From assembly GCA_028714635.1 (NCBI GenBank), contig JAQTLZ010000002.1:121841-185840 (forward strand): DNA of 64,000 nucleotides, written 5' to 3'. Below are positions 1-7,872 of this stretch, piece after piece. The notes under the pieces are model-generated. The model ran no database searches. It was not told the origin of the DNA and worked only from the letters and a program-made list of their open reading frames with translations. Position numbers and translations under genes: made by a program. Each line of letters starts with the position of its first letter. The stretch's first letter is position 1. The DNA comes from Minisyncoccota bacterium. Lineage in GTDB: Bacteria > Patescibacteriota > Minisyncoccia > Phycocordibacterales > JAQTLZ01.

Positions 1-381
1 AACACTACGGTTATTGTTACCGATCCATCCGCGCCTATCATTACTGTGACTGCGCCAAATGGCGGAGAGAATTGGAAAATAAACGCTACGCGGGCGATAA
101 CATGGAGAGACAGTAACTATAATTCCAGCGCAAAAATTGATTTGTACTTGGGCAAACAATTGCCCGTCGTGTGCGTAAAAGCTCCCTGCGGACCTTTCTT
201 TGAATCATCTACGTACGTACTTGATAAAAATATTCCAAATACCGGTGTCTATAATTGGATCGTAGGAACAGACATCGTTAATAACCCTATTCCGCCAGAC
301 AGTTATGGTCTTCGAATTTGTGTAAGCGGGACTGACAATTGCGACTTGAGCGATGAGCCGTTTACACTTATTAATAATTAA
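1..381 (+). CDS. 3' fragment of a secreted/cell-surface protein (beta-sandwich surface repeat); start lies upstream of the window
   Basis: Frame 1 is open from nt 1 to the stop at 379-381; track ORF 46..381 is its tail. The NGGENW..ITW..IDLYL pattern is typical of surface Ig-like repeats. Confidence 0.6.
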   Translation, partial: NTTVIVTDPSAPIITVTAPNGGENWKINATRAITWRDSNYNSSAKIDLYLGKQLPVVCVKAPCGPFFESSTYVLDKNIPNTGVYNWIVGTDIVNNPIPPDSYGLRICVSGTDNCDLSDEPFTLINN

Positions 382-392
382 TTATTCATAGT

Positions 393-1151
393 ATGCCCCT
401 TTTTTTTCTCGTTTTTGTCGTCGTCGTATTATTGTTTCTCTCGCTTAAGGTTTTGAAGGAGTACGAGCGGGGAGTCATTTTCTTTCTTGGAAAATCTACT
501 GGTATGCGAGGTCCCGGACTTATTATTCTCGTCCCCATTTTGGAAAAGATGACGCGAGTGGAGCTTCGTACTATCACGATGAATATTCCGTCCCAGAAAA
601 TTATTACCAAAGATAATGTGTCTATTGATATCGCCGCTGTCGCTTATTATCACGTCGTCGATTCAATAAAATCTGTCATTGCTATTGAAAATGTTGCAAG
701 CGCAGTCAATCAAATCAGTCAGACTACGGTGCGAAATGTCGTCGGGCGATTCAAGCTCGATGAGCTTCTTTCGCAGACTTCAGAGATCAATATAGACATA
801 AAAGATACGATAGACAGCCATACCGAGCCGTGGGGAGTGCAGGTCACCGCCGTAGAAATCAAAGACATTACGCTTCCTGATAACATGCAAAGAGCGATGG
901 CAAAAGAAGCTGAAGCAGAACGAGAAAGACGGGCAAAAATTGTTGCGGCAGAAGGAGAATTTCAGGCGGCGGTAAAGCTTGGCGAAGCGGCAGATATTAT
1001 TTCGGCTCACCCCGTAGCATTGCAACTGAGGACACTTCAAACAATGGCAGAGATTGCTACCGAGAGAAATTCTACAATTATTTTCCCAGCGCAATTCATG
1101 ACGACTGTTGCGGATGCGATGGCGACAATTCGACAGGATAACAAGAAATAG
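393..1151 (+). CDS. SPFH/band-7 (stomatin/prohibitin-like) membrane protein
   Basis: 252 aa. N-terminal TM helix, then [27 protein letters not shown] and an [11 protein letters not shown] coiled region, which are SPFH domain hallmarks. Confidence 0.9.
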   Translation: MPLFFLVFVVVVLLFLSLKVLKEYERGVIFFLGKSTGMRGPGLIILVPILEKMTRVELRTITMNIPSQKIITKDNVSIDIAAVAYYHVVDSIKSVIAIENVASAVNQISQTTVRNVVGRFKLDELLSQTSEINIDIKDTIDSHTEPWGVQVTAVEIKDITLPDNMQRAMAKEAEAERERRAKIVAAEGEFQAAVKLGEAADIISAHPVALQLRTLQTMAEIATERNSTIIFPAQFMTTVADAMATIRQDNKK

Positions 1152-1220
1152 ATCGATTCTCCTAGATTAAAGCTCGTAACTCTGGTATAACAAAGGGGCT
1201 CATTTATTGAGTTTTTAAAT

Positions 1221-1292
1221 GGTGGCTATGGTGTAGCGGCAGCACAAGAGCTTGTGGAGCTTTTAGTCTGGGTTCAACTCCCAGTAGCCACC
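1221..1292 (+). tRNA. tRNA-His (anticodon GTG) with genomically encoded G-1
   Basis: Manual cloverleaf: G-1 at 1221, acceptor GTGGCTA/TAGCCAC, D arm GTGT-AGCGGCA-GCAC, anticodon loop TTGTGGA, T arm CTGGG-TTCAACT-CCCAG, C73. CCA is not encoded (CAA follows). Confidence 0.9.
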
Positions 1293-1325
1293 CAAGGAAA
1301 CAAAACAGCCGAAAGGCTGTTTTGT

Positions 1326-1467
1326 CTTGGGTGGCTAAGTGAGCAACCAAGGTTGCTCACGTCTGGGAGTTGAAGCCCGATTGAGCACACCGCCCTTTTA
1401 AAACAAAAGGGCGGGGTCCAATCGGGGTACTGCTTCTGTAAGAAGCGACATCCCCAGTAGCCACCCA
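1326..1467 (+). ncRNA. tRNA-His-derived structured element containing copy A of the GUACWG/UGUAA motif
   Basis: Outer helix GGGTGGCT(1329-1336)/AGCCACCC(1459-1466). Hairpin 1339-1360. CTGGG(1363-1367)/CCCAG(1453-1457). P-a helix CCCGATTG(1376-1383)/CAATCGGG(1419-1426) enclosing hairpin 1391-1415. GTACTG 1427-1432. Hairpin CTTC-TGTAA-GAAG 1433-1445. Confidence 0.6.
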
Positions 1468-1545
1468 AACAAAACATGTAACCAGTCTCTCGGTATTTCG
1501 TCATTTTGAGTAAAGGTCGCATTACTCAATTCTTAGAAAAAAACT

Positions 1546-1803
1546 ATGTTGGGATATTGCGGAGGATATGGCGGGTATAGTTTTGATCTCTTCGGGCTGT
1601 TTTTGTGGATAATGGTCTGGGTGCTCATCATCGGTCTCGTCGTGAGACTTGTCCGCGAGCATCACTGGTTCCATTGGTTCGGCGCGCATCATTTGACTCT
1701 GAAAAATTCAGCCGCTCTTGAAATTCTAGATTCTCGATACGCGAAAGGCGAGATCAGTAAAAACGAATACGAAGAAAAAAAGGCCGACATTATGAAACAA
1801 TGA
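1546..1803 (+). CDS. SHOCT-domain small membrane protein
   Basis: 85 aa. Gly/Tyr-rich N-terminus, one TM helix, and C-terminal ALEILDSRYAKGEISKNEYEEKKADI typical of the SHOCT domain. Confidence 0.7.
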   Translation: MLGYCGGYGGYSFDLFGLFLWIMVWVLIIGLVVRLVREHHWFHWFGAHHLTLKNSAALEILDSRYAKGEISKNEYEEKKADIMKQ

Positions 1804-1952
1804 ATTTGACGACTATGATCCAGAAAAGAAAAAGCGGATATTACGTGCTTTCGGAAAAAACAAAAAAGAATCTCGGAGGTCCGTATAAAACTCATGGAGA
1901 AGCGGTGAAAAGATTGCGGCAGGTCGAGTTTTTCAAGCACAGAGGGAAGTGA
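1800..1952 (+). CDS. small basic hypothetical protein (50 aa), below the ORF-track cutoff
   Basis: Hand translation gives MNLTTMIQKRKSGYYVLSEKTKKNLGGPYKTHGEAVKRLRQVEFFKHRGK. Its ATG overlaps the SHOCT stop (ATGA at 1800-1803). A hairpin plus T-run follows at about 1998-2040. Confidence 0.45.
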   Translation: MNLTTMIQKRKSGYYVLSEKTKKNLGGPYKTHGEAVKRLRQVEFFKHRGK

Positions 1953-2042
1953 TCTTGGATTCTGCCTGTGAACAACTCATTTCGCTTGAAAAAAGTCTTG
2001 ATTTTCAAGCACTTTTTGAAGTGCCTTTTGCACTTTTCTTTT

Positions 2043-2071
2043 TTGACATACAGATGCTATAGGCATACAAT
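2043..2071 (+). promoter_or_regulatory. sigma70-like promoter of high-GC cassette 1
   Basis: TTGACA (2043-2048), 17-nt spacer, TACAAT (2066-2071). Downstream 5' UTR has an AGGAGGG Shine-Dalgarno site at 2129-2135. Confidence 0.6.
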
Positions 2072-2142
2072 TTTTTTGGGCGTCCCTAGAACAACTGTGT
2101 TCCGGGACATAGCGGGGGTTAGTTTTGCAGGAGGGTTCGGAG

Positions 2143-2610
2143 ATGGACAATGGAACAGAGGCAAAGTACGTGGACGTGGCTGATCGGCTTTGGGAGGAGA
2201 GGAATGCAAAAGACACCATTGTCAGGGACGATGGGTCTGTGATGGCGGTCTTCCGCGTCCTCGAAATCAATGCCCGTCGCAAGGCTCGCCGGGTGATCCT
2301 CGGGATCAAGTTTGTCGGCGGGAAGATTTTCCAGCAGCTCTTCGTGGTCAAGAAGGAGAAGGGTGCCACGGATATCTGTCACGGCGACCGCCTGATCGCG
2401 GTTCATTCCAGTTTCATGGACATCGCCGGGCTCGCCAAGGCTTCGTTGTCAGAGCGTCTCGAGAAGGCACTGGCAATTCTCGAAAACGTCGCTCACAGCA
2501 TCAGGCGCGATCCGGGCCTTCTGGAGAAGATTCGCAATCCCAAGGATTGCCGTTCGGTCAACACAGTGGGCGGGCAAAGGTGGGACAGGCGGCGGATAGC
2601 ATACGCCTAA
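2143..2610 (+). CDS. hypothetical protein (orphan, high-GC cassette 1)
   Basis: ATG at 2143 lies 7 nt after AGGAGGG. 155 aa with protein-like composition. The overlapping alternative-frame ORFs are Arg/Gly/Ser-rich off-frame products of GC-rich DNA. Confidence 0.6.
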   Translation: MDNGTEAKYVDVADRLWEERNAKDTIVRDDGSVMAVFRVLEINARRKARRVILGIKFVGGKIFQQLFVVKKEKGATDICHGDRLIAVHSSFMDIAGLAKASLSERLEKALAILENVAHSIRRDPGLLEKIRNPKDCRSVNTVGGQRWDRRRIAYA

Positions 2611-2653
2611 TTCGACTCAACCCTTCGGAGGGAACAGATTTTCGTTTCAGTCT

Positions 2654-2695
2654 CCCACGGCGGTCCGCAAGGATTGTCCGTGGGTTTTTATTTTT
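2654..2695 (+). terminator. rho-independent terminator
   Basis: Stem CCCACGG(2654-2660)/CCGTGGG(2678-2684) followed by TTTTTATTTTT. Confidence 0.7.
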
Positions 2696-2726
2696 CATGG
2701 GGTATACTTCTTTATATAGATAATCT

Positions 2727-3809
2727 ATGCATCTTCACAGGATTACCCACACTCTCGAGAAATATGAACGGCATATCTCATCAGGAATGCTCGTTTTTGG
2801 ATTTATTTTCGATTCGCTGACGCTTACTCGAATCGATAAATCTCGCGATCATATTATTCTTGCTTTCTATCTACTTCTCGTTCTTCTCTGTATATTTTTT
2901 GTAAATCTTTTTGAAGAGCGCCAATTAAAGGCGGGATTCCTGGAGAAAGCCCAGCCGTGGCTTCTCTTTGCAATCCAGTTTTCTTTCGGAGGACTTTTCA
3001 GCAATTTTATAATTCTTTACGCAAGAAGCGCTTCTTTTCTCTCAAGCTGGCCTTTTCTTCTCCTGCTTTTCGGGCTTCTTGTTGGAAATGAATTTTTCAA
3101 ACGACATTACGCTCGTTTTGCCTTTCACATGAGCGTGTTTTTTGTCGCTCTTTTTTCCTTCCTTATCTTCTTCATTCCTGTTGTCCTGAAACAGATGAGC
3201 GGAAGCATTTTCTTTTTGAGCGGACTTACTACTGTCGTCCTCTTTTTATTTGTCATGTACGAACTGTCTCGGTTTTTTCCGGAAAGGATTGAAGACAGCA
3301 AGAGGACGCTTACATTTAGCATAAGCATCATTTTTCTTCTCATTAACGTTCTTTATATTACAAATATCATCCCGCCTATTCCGCTTTCTTTAAAGGAGAT
3401 TGGTGTTTTTCATTCCATCTATCGCAAAAGCAGTACTGAATTTATAGTGCTTAGCGAAGAGCAAAAAGGATATGCATTCTTGCGTTCCTCCGACACGGTG
3501 AGTTTGAAGGAGGGCGAACCCGCGTATGTGTTATCGGCCGTTTTTGCCCCGACTGGCCTGTCTGTGAAAATCATCCATGATTGGCAATATTATGATGAGA
3601 AAGAGGGATGGGTATCTTCCGCGAAAATTCCTCTTACTGTGGTCGGAGGTCGGGAAGGAGGGTACCGTGTTTATTCAAAAAAGGAGAACATTTCACCAGG
3701 ACTTTGGAGAGTGAACGTAGAGACAGAGCGCGGGCAGGTGGTCGGTAAGATGAAATTTCTTGTTGAAAGAGTAACGACAAGCCCGCAACTCGAGTCTTCT
3801 TTGCGTTAA
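2727..3809 (+). CDS. polytopic membrane protein with a C-terminal DUF2914-like beta domain
   Basis: 360 aa. About 7 hydrophobic helices, then a soluble tail (IHDWQYYDEKEGW..GGYRVYS..PGLWRVNVETERGQVVG) resembling DUF2914. Confidence 0.6.
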   Translation: MHLHRITHTLEKYERHISSGMLVFGFIFDSLTLTRIDKSRDHIILAFYLLLVLLCIFFVNLFEERQLKAGFLEKAQPWLLFAIQFSFGGLFSNFIILYARSASFLSSWPFLLLLFGLLVGNEFFKRHYARFAFHMSVFFVALFSFLIFFIPVVLKQMSGSIFFLSGLTTVVLFLFVMYELSRFFPERIEDSKRTLTFSISIIFLLINVLYITNIIPPIPLSLKEIGVFHSIYRKSSTEFIVLSEEQKGYAFLRSSDTVSLKEGEPAYVLSAVFAPTGLSVKIIHDWQYYDEKEGWVSSAKIPLTVVGGREGGYRVYSKKENISPGLWRVNVETERGQVVGKMKFLVERVTTSPQLESSLR

Positions 3810-3851
3810 TTTGAGTATTCAAGAACTATTCAATAGGATATACTTTCTCTC

Positions 3852-5030
3852 GTGAAAGATTTCATTCGCATTCTTAAATCGCTCATCTCGAAAAGAAATA
3901 TTGCCGGGATGTGCGGATTATTTCTCTTCGGCCTTTTTTTCTTTGGTTTTAGCGCGTTTCATCCGAAAGTTCCTGTGGTAGCGGAGCAAAAAGAAATTGA
4001 TCTGGAAAAAGAAGATCCGAAAACGCTTGTGAAAGCGGTGCGATCCGCCCAAGCTGTTAAAAAGGAAAAATATCTGGTTTCAGCCTCTACTCCGCAATTT
4101 GTACTCCTTTCTTTTGATGGTTCGAAATCAGTAGATATGCTTCGCGAGACCTTGGATTTTGAAAGTCTTCTCTCTCAAGAAGGAAAACCGCTTCACTTCA
4201 CCTATTTCATCAACGCTGCCTATTTTCTAGGCCAGGGTTCCGCGTACTTGTATCAAGCTCCGGGACAGCCGGCGGGGAAATCGCTCATCGGTTTTTCTGA
4301 TTACGTGGCAGACATCTCCCTGCGAGTGGAGGGGTTTAATAAAGCGCTTGAGATGGGAAATGAAGTCGGCTCGCATCTTGCCGGGCATTTCAACGGCACG
4401 AGCTGGTCTGAAGCAGATTGGAAGCAGGAATTCAATTCTTTCAATCTGCTTCTTATAAATATGCAGAAAAATAATCCTTCAGTTTCCATACCGCAGGTGA
4501 ATTTCGGTCCCGATACTATCGTCGGACTTCGGGCGCCTGATTTGGGCGTGAATGCATCGCTCTATAAAGTGCTTCATGAGTATCATTTTCTGTATGACGC
4601 GAGCGGAGTAGCGTCGCTTTTGTCCCGAGATAATTGGCCGAAGAAAGATGGCTATGGGCTTTGGCATTTTCCGCTTGGCCGCGTATCTCTGGGGAAAAAT
4701 CATGTTTCGACGATTTCAATGGATTATAATTTATGGATGATGCAGTCCAATGTTCAGGAAGAGGCGGTAAAGGGGACAGAGCTTTGGCAAAAATATAAGG
4801 ATGATGTTGTTTCTGCCTATATGGATTATTTCAATTCTAATTTCGCCGAGAATCGCGCACCTGTTATTATTGGGCACCACTTCAATAAATGGAATGACGG
4901 GGTCTACTGGGAAGCGATGAAGACATTCGCCGAGAGTGTGTGCGGGCGGGAGAATGTGCGCTGTGTGACTTTTAAAGAGCTCGTAGAGTATTTAAATACA
5001 GAAGGTCCTCCACCTCTCGCAACTCAATAA
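3852..5030 (+). CDS. polysaccharide deacetylase-like (NodB/CE4-type) secreted protein
   Basis: 392 aa with a GTG start. N-terminal TM/signal, FVLLSFDGSKS and VGSHLAGHF motifs. TATACT at 3839-3844 lies 7 nt upstream of the start. Confidence 0.6.
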   Translation: MKDFIRILKSLISKRNIAGMCGLFLFGLFFFGFSAFHPKVPVVAEQKEIDLEKEDPKTLVKAVRSAQAVKKEKYLVSASTPQFVLLSFDGSKSVDMLRETLDFESLLSQEGKPLHFTYFINAAYFLGQGSAYLYQAPGQPAGKSLIGFSDYVADISLRVEGFNKALEMGNEVGSHLAGHFNGTSWSEADWKQEFNSFNLLLINMQKNNPSVSIPQVNFGPDTIVGLRAPDLGVNASLYKVLHEYHFLYDASGVASLLSRDNWPKKDGYGLWHFPLGRVSLGKNHVSTISMDYNLWMMQSNVQEEAVKGTELWQKYKDDVVSAYMDYFNSNFAENRAPVIIGHHFNKWNDGVYWEAMKTFAESVCGRENVRCVTFKELVEYLNTEGPPPLATQ

Positions 5031-5037
5031 AGAGCGG

Positions 5038-5046
5038 TGGTATACT
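5038..5046 (+). promoter_or_regulatory. extended -10 promoter giving a leaderless mRNA
   Basis: TGGTATACT ends 6 nt before the ATG at 5053. No Shine-Dalgarno sequence in between. Confidence 0.55.
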
Positions 5047-5052
5047 TCCGTA

Positions 5053-6720
5053 ATGACTCAAGCAGAAGCGCTGAAAATTTTAAAAACGGGAGCAAATATT
5101 TTTCTCACGGGAGAGCCAGGGAGTGGCAAGACGCATACTATAAATGAATATACGCGCTATTTGCGTCAATGCGGGATTGAGCCCGCTATTACCGCTTCGA
5201 CAGGCATTGCCGCGACCCATATCGGAGGAATGACCATTCATTCGTGGAGCGGGATTGGAATTCGGAAATTTCTCAATGGATATGATCTGGATAAAATTGC
5301 GACCAGCGAATATGTGGCAAAGAGGGTCCGCAAAGCCAAAGTGCTGGTGATAGACGAAGTCTCGATGCTTTCTCCGGAAACTCTCTCGATGGTTGACGCG
5401 GTGTGTCGGGAAGTGAAAGGGAATACTGACGCGTTCGGAGGAATGCAAGTGATTTTTGTCGGAGATTTTTTCCAGCTTCCGCCGGTTGTGAAAGCAGATG
5501 TGGAATCTGAAAGCCAGTTATTTGAAGAAGAAGCTCCTCCTCGCTTTGCATATGGTTCGCCTTCGTGGAGAAACGCGAAAGTGCTTACCTGCTATTTGAG
5601 CGAGCAGTACCGCCAGGATGATAGTGATTTTCTCTCGCTTCTCTCTGCGATTCGGCAAAATACTTTCGGCGACGCGCATAAAGAACATCTTGAAGCGAGA
5701 AAGATTGGAGAGAAGAAAATTTCAAAAGATGTGCCTCGGCTTTTTTCTCATAATGCGAATGTTGATCTTTTGAATGACCAGATGCTCGGAGCACTCTCTG
5801 AAGAACCGCATGTATATCTCATGACCTCGAGTGGGAAACCCTTTTTAATTGAGGCGTTAAAAAAGGGATGTCTCTCTCCCGAAAAACTTTCACTGAAAAT
5901 CGGCGCATCGGTGATGTTTACCAAAAATAATCCCAAAGAAGGATTTGTAAATGGAACACTCGGTACTGTTTCCGGATTTGAGTCGAGTTCAAATTTTCCT
6001 ATTGTACAACTTCGAAATGGAAAAAAGATCGTGGTAACTCCGCTCGAATGGTCCGTGGAAGAAAATGGAAAAGTGCGAGCGCAAATTTCACAGCTTCCTC
6101 TTCGTCTTGCATGGGCGATTACGGTGCATAAAAGCCAAGGGATGAGCCTGGACGAGGCGGTGATGGATCTTTCGCAGGTGTTTGAATACGGACAAGGATA
6201 TGTGGCCCTTTCCCGCGTGCGCCGACTTTCAGGATTGCATCTTCTCGGTTGGAATGCAAAAACATTTCAGGTGCATCCGGAAGTGCTCTCGAAAGATGAG
6301 TCATTTCGAATTGCGTCGGATGAGGCGGCAGAAATTTTCGGGAAAATTTCTGCCGCCGAGCTCGACAAAATGCACGACAATTTTGTGAAAATATCTGGAG
6401 GGAACAGGCCAAAGCCAAAGATCGGTAGCTCGGAAGTGAAAGGTGACCCCAGTAGCGAAGCTATGCTCGCTACGGGGCAAGGAAAGAAAACGCTCGAAAA
6501 AATAAGAGAAAAACATCCGAATGCCTATCGTAAATGGGATGAAGCCCAAGATAAACAACTCAAAGATTTATTTGCAGAAAAGAAATCAATCCCTGATCTT
6601 ATGAAATTGCTCGGAAGGAAAAAGGGTGCAATTCAGATGCGTCTTTTGAAATTCGGACTTATCGAGGATGATGGTTTTTCTTTAGCCTTTCAGAAGAAAA
6701 AAGCAAAAAAGAATGGATAA
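5053..6720 (+). CDS. PIF1/RecD-like SF1 DNA helicase with a C-terminal HTH-like tail
   Basis: 555 aa. Walker A GEPGSGKT, VLVIDEVSM, FVGDFFQLPPV, and TVHKSQG near the C-terminal core. Confidence 0.85.
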   Translation: MTQAEALKILKTGANIFLTGEPGSGKTHTINEYTRYLRQCGIEPAITASTGIAATHIGGMTIHSWSGIGIRKFLNGYDLDKIATSEYVAKRVRKAKVLVIDEVSMLSPETLSMVDAVCREVKGNTDAFGGMQVIFVGDFFQLPPVVKADVESESQLFEEEAPPRFAYGSPSWRNAKVLTCYLSEQYRQDDSDFLSLLSAIRQNTFGDAHKEHLEARKIGEKKISKDVPRLFSHNANVDLLNDQMLGALSEEPHVYLMTSSGKPFLIEALKKGCLSPEKLSLKIGASVMFTKNNPKEGFVNGTLGTVSGFESSSNFPIVQLRNGKKIVVTPLEWSVEENGKVRAQISQLPLRLAWAITVHKSQGMSLDEAVMDLSQVFEYGQGYVALSRVRRLSGLHLLGWNAKTFQVHPEVLSKDESFRIASDEAAEIFGKISAAELDKMHDNFVKISGGNRPKPKIGSSEVKGDPSSEAMLATGQGKKTLEKIREKHPNAYRKWDEAQDKQLKDLFAEKKSIPDLMKLLGRKKGAIQMRLLKFGLIEDDGFSLAFQKKKAKKNG

Positions 6721-7771
6721 AGCGCTTATTCAAAGATTGGAAAAAGCAATTTCAGAAAAAACATTTCCCGGATGCGTCTTGGGAATTGTTTCTCGTGATG
6801 GCAAAAGGAGCATTTTTCCAGTTGGGAATTTTACTTATGAAAAAGATTCTCCAAAAGTTACAGAAAACACGATATATGATCTGGCTTCAATTACGAAATC
6901 AATCCCAACTTCTTGTGTTCTTCTGAAACTCCTTGAAAAAGGGAAGGTGAATATCGAGGATAAAGTTACGGATTTCATTCCCGAATTCGGAAATTTTCCT
7001 GAAAAAAAAGAAGTTACAATCAAAAATCTTCTCACCTATACATTGGAGCTTCAAGTTCCTGGACTTTCGTCGCTTAAAGATAAGACTTCGGAAGAAATTG
7101 TTGCGGAAGTCGTGAATGCACCTCTCAAGTCTCGGCCCGGTTCAAGATTTTTCTACAACAACGCAACAGCGCTTCTCATCGGTTTTGTCATCCAGAAAAT
7201 TATAAAAGAACCGCTCGATATCTATGCTGAAAGGGAATTTTTTGCACCGCTCGGTATGAGTCGGACGACATTCCATCCGGAGCGATTTCCGAAAATGGAA
7301 ATCGCTCCAACAGAAATAGACGACTGGCGGGAGAGAGTAATTCAAGGTGAAGTTCATGATGAAAGCACCTTCACGCTCCAGAAAAAATATTTTTTTGGCA
7401 TTGCCGGAGCTTTTTCTACGGTTCCCGATTTTCTCAATTTTCAAGAGATGCTTTTGAATGGGGGAGTCAAAAACGGAAAAAGATATTTCTCTGAAAATAT
7501 GATTCAAAAAATGCATACCAACATGATGCCGGACGCGAAAGGTGAGCCAGTAGGCCTCGGCTGGAATATTTATAATCCTCTGTATATGGGCACCAAAACA
7601 AGCAAAGAAGTATTCGGCAAAACTGGTTTTACCGGCACTCTTGTTCTGACCGATCCAGTGAAAGGTGTTGGATTTACACTTCTTTCAAACAGAACTTTTC
7701 CAAAACGCCCAAAAGATTCAAATCTCATAAACGCCGTCAGAGGCGATATTGCAGACATAATTTTTTCATAA
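6713..7771 (+). CDS. serine hydrolase, beta-lactamase/transpeptidase-like family
   Basis: 352 aa. SxxK motif (ASITKS) and YxN motif (FYNNAT). Overlaps the helicase stop by 8 nt. Confidence 0.8.
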   Translation: MDKALIQRLEKAISEKTFPGCVLGIVSRDGKRSIFPVGNFTYEKDSPKVTENTIYDLASITKSIPTSCVLLKLLEKGKVNIEDKVTDFIPEFGNFPEKKEVTIKNLLTYTLELQVPGLSSLKDKTSEEIVAEVVNAPLKSRPGSRFFYNNATALLIGFVIQKIIKEPLDIYAEREFFAPLGMSRTTFHPERFPKMEIAPTEIDDWRERVIQGEVHDESTFTLQKKYFFGIAGAFSTVPDFLNFQEMLLNGGVKNGKRYFSENMIQKMHTNMMPDAKGEPVGLGWNIYNPLYMGTKTSKEVFGKTGFTGTLVLTDPVKGVGFTLLSNRTFPKRPKDSNLINAVRGDIADIIFS

Positions 7772-7872
7772 AAAAACAGCTGAAACTAAACTGTTATCTT
7801 GTCGTGTTATACTAAGGGCCGTTCTGTCCTTTTTGCTGTTTGGCCTCGGAATCTCTCTTGAAAGGAGGGGTT

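Noticed and set aside
1326-1467. Interpreting element A as a second tRNA gene, tmRNA, SRP RNA or RNase P RNA.
   Set aside because: - tRNA: there is no anticodon arm, the D-arm position holds an 8-bp hairpin, and the T loop is replaced by about 85 nt.
- tmRNA or RNase P RNA: the element is far too short and lacks GGTTCGAATCC-type T-arm or GAGGAAAGTCC motifs.
- SRP RNA: the GGAAGCAGCC-type domain IV motif is absent.
- The core motif occurs three times in the window, which none of these RNAs would do.
1279-1468. Direct repeat of the tRNA-His 3' end (CCCAGTAGCCACCCAA at 1280-1295 and 1453-1468), read as attL/attR of an integrated genomic island.
   Set aside because: The repeats are only about 170 bp apart. 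No integrase or cargo lies between them. The intervening sequence also contains the exact complement of the repeat. This is kept only as a minor alternative (a remnant of an element) within the main finding.
2119-2723. Alternative-frame ORFs 2190..2723 (+) and 2119..2406 / 1977..2369 (-) overlapping the cassette-1 gene.
   Set aside because: Their composition is off-frame-like (runs of R, G, S, P). Only the 2143 frame has a properly spaced AGGAGGG Shine-Dalgarno site and protein-like sequence.
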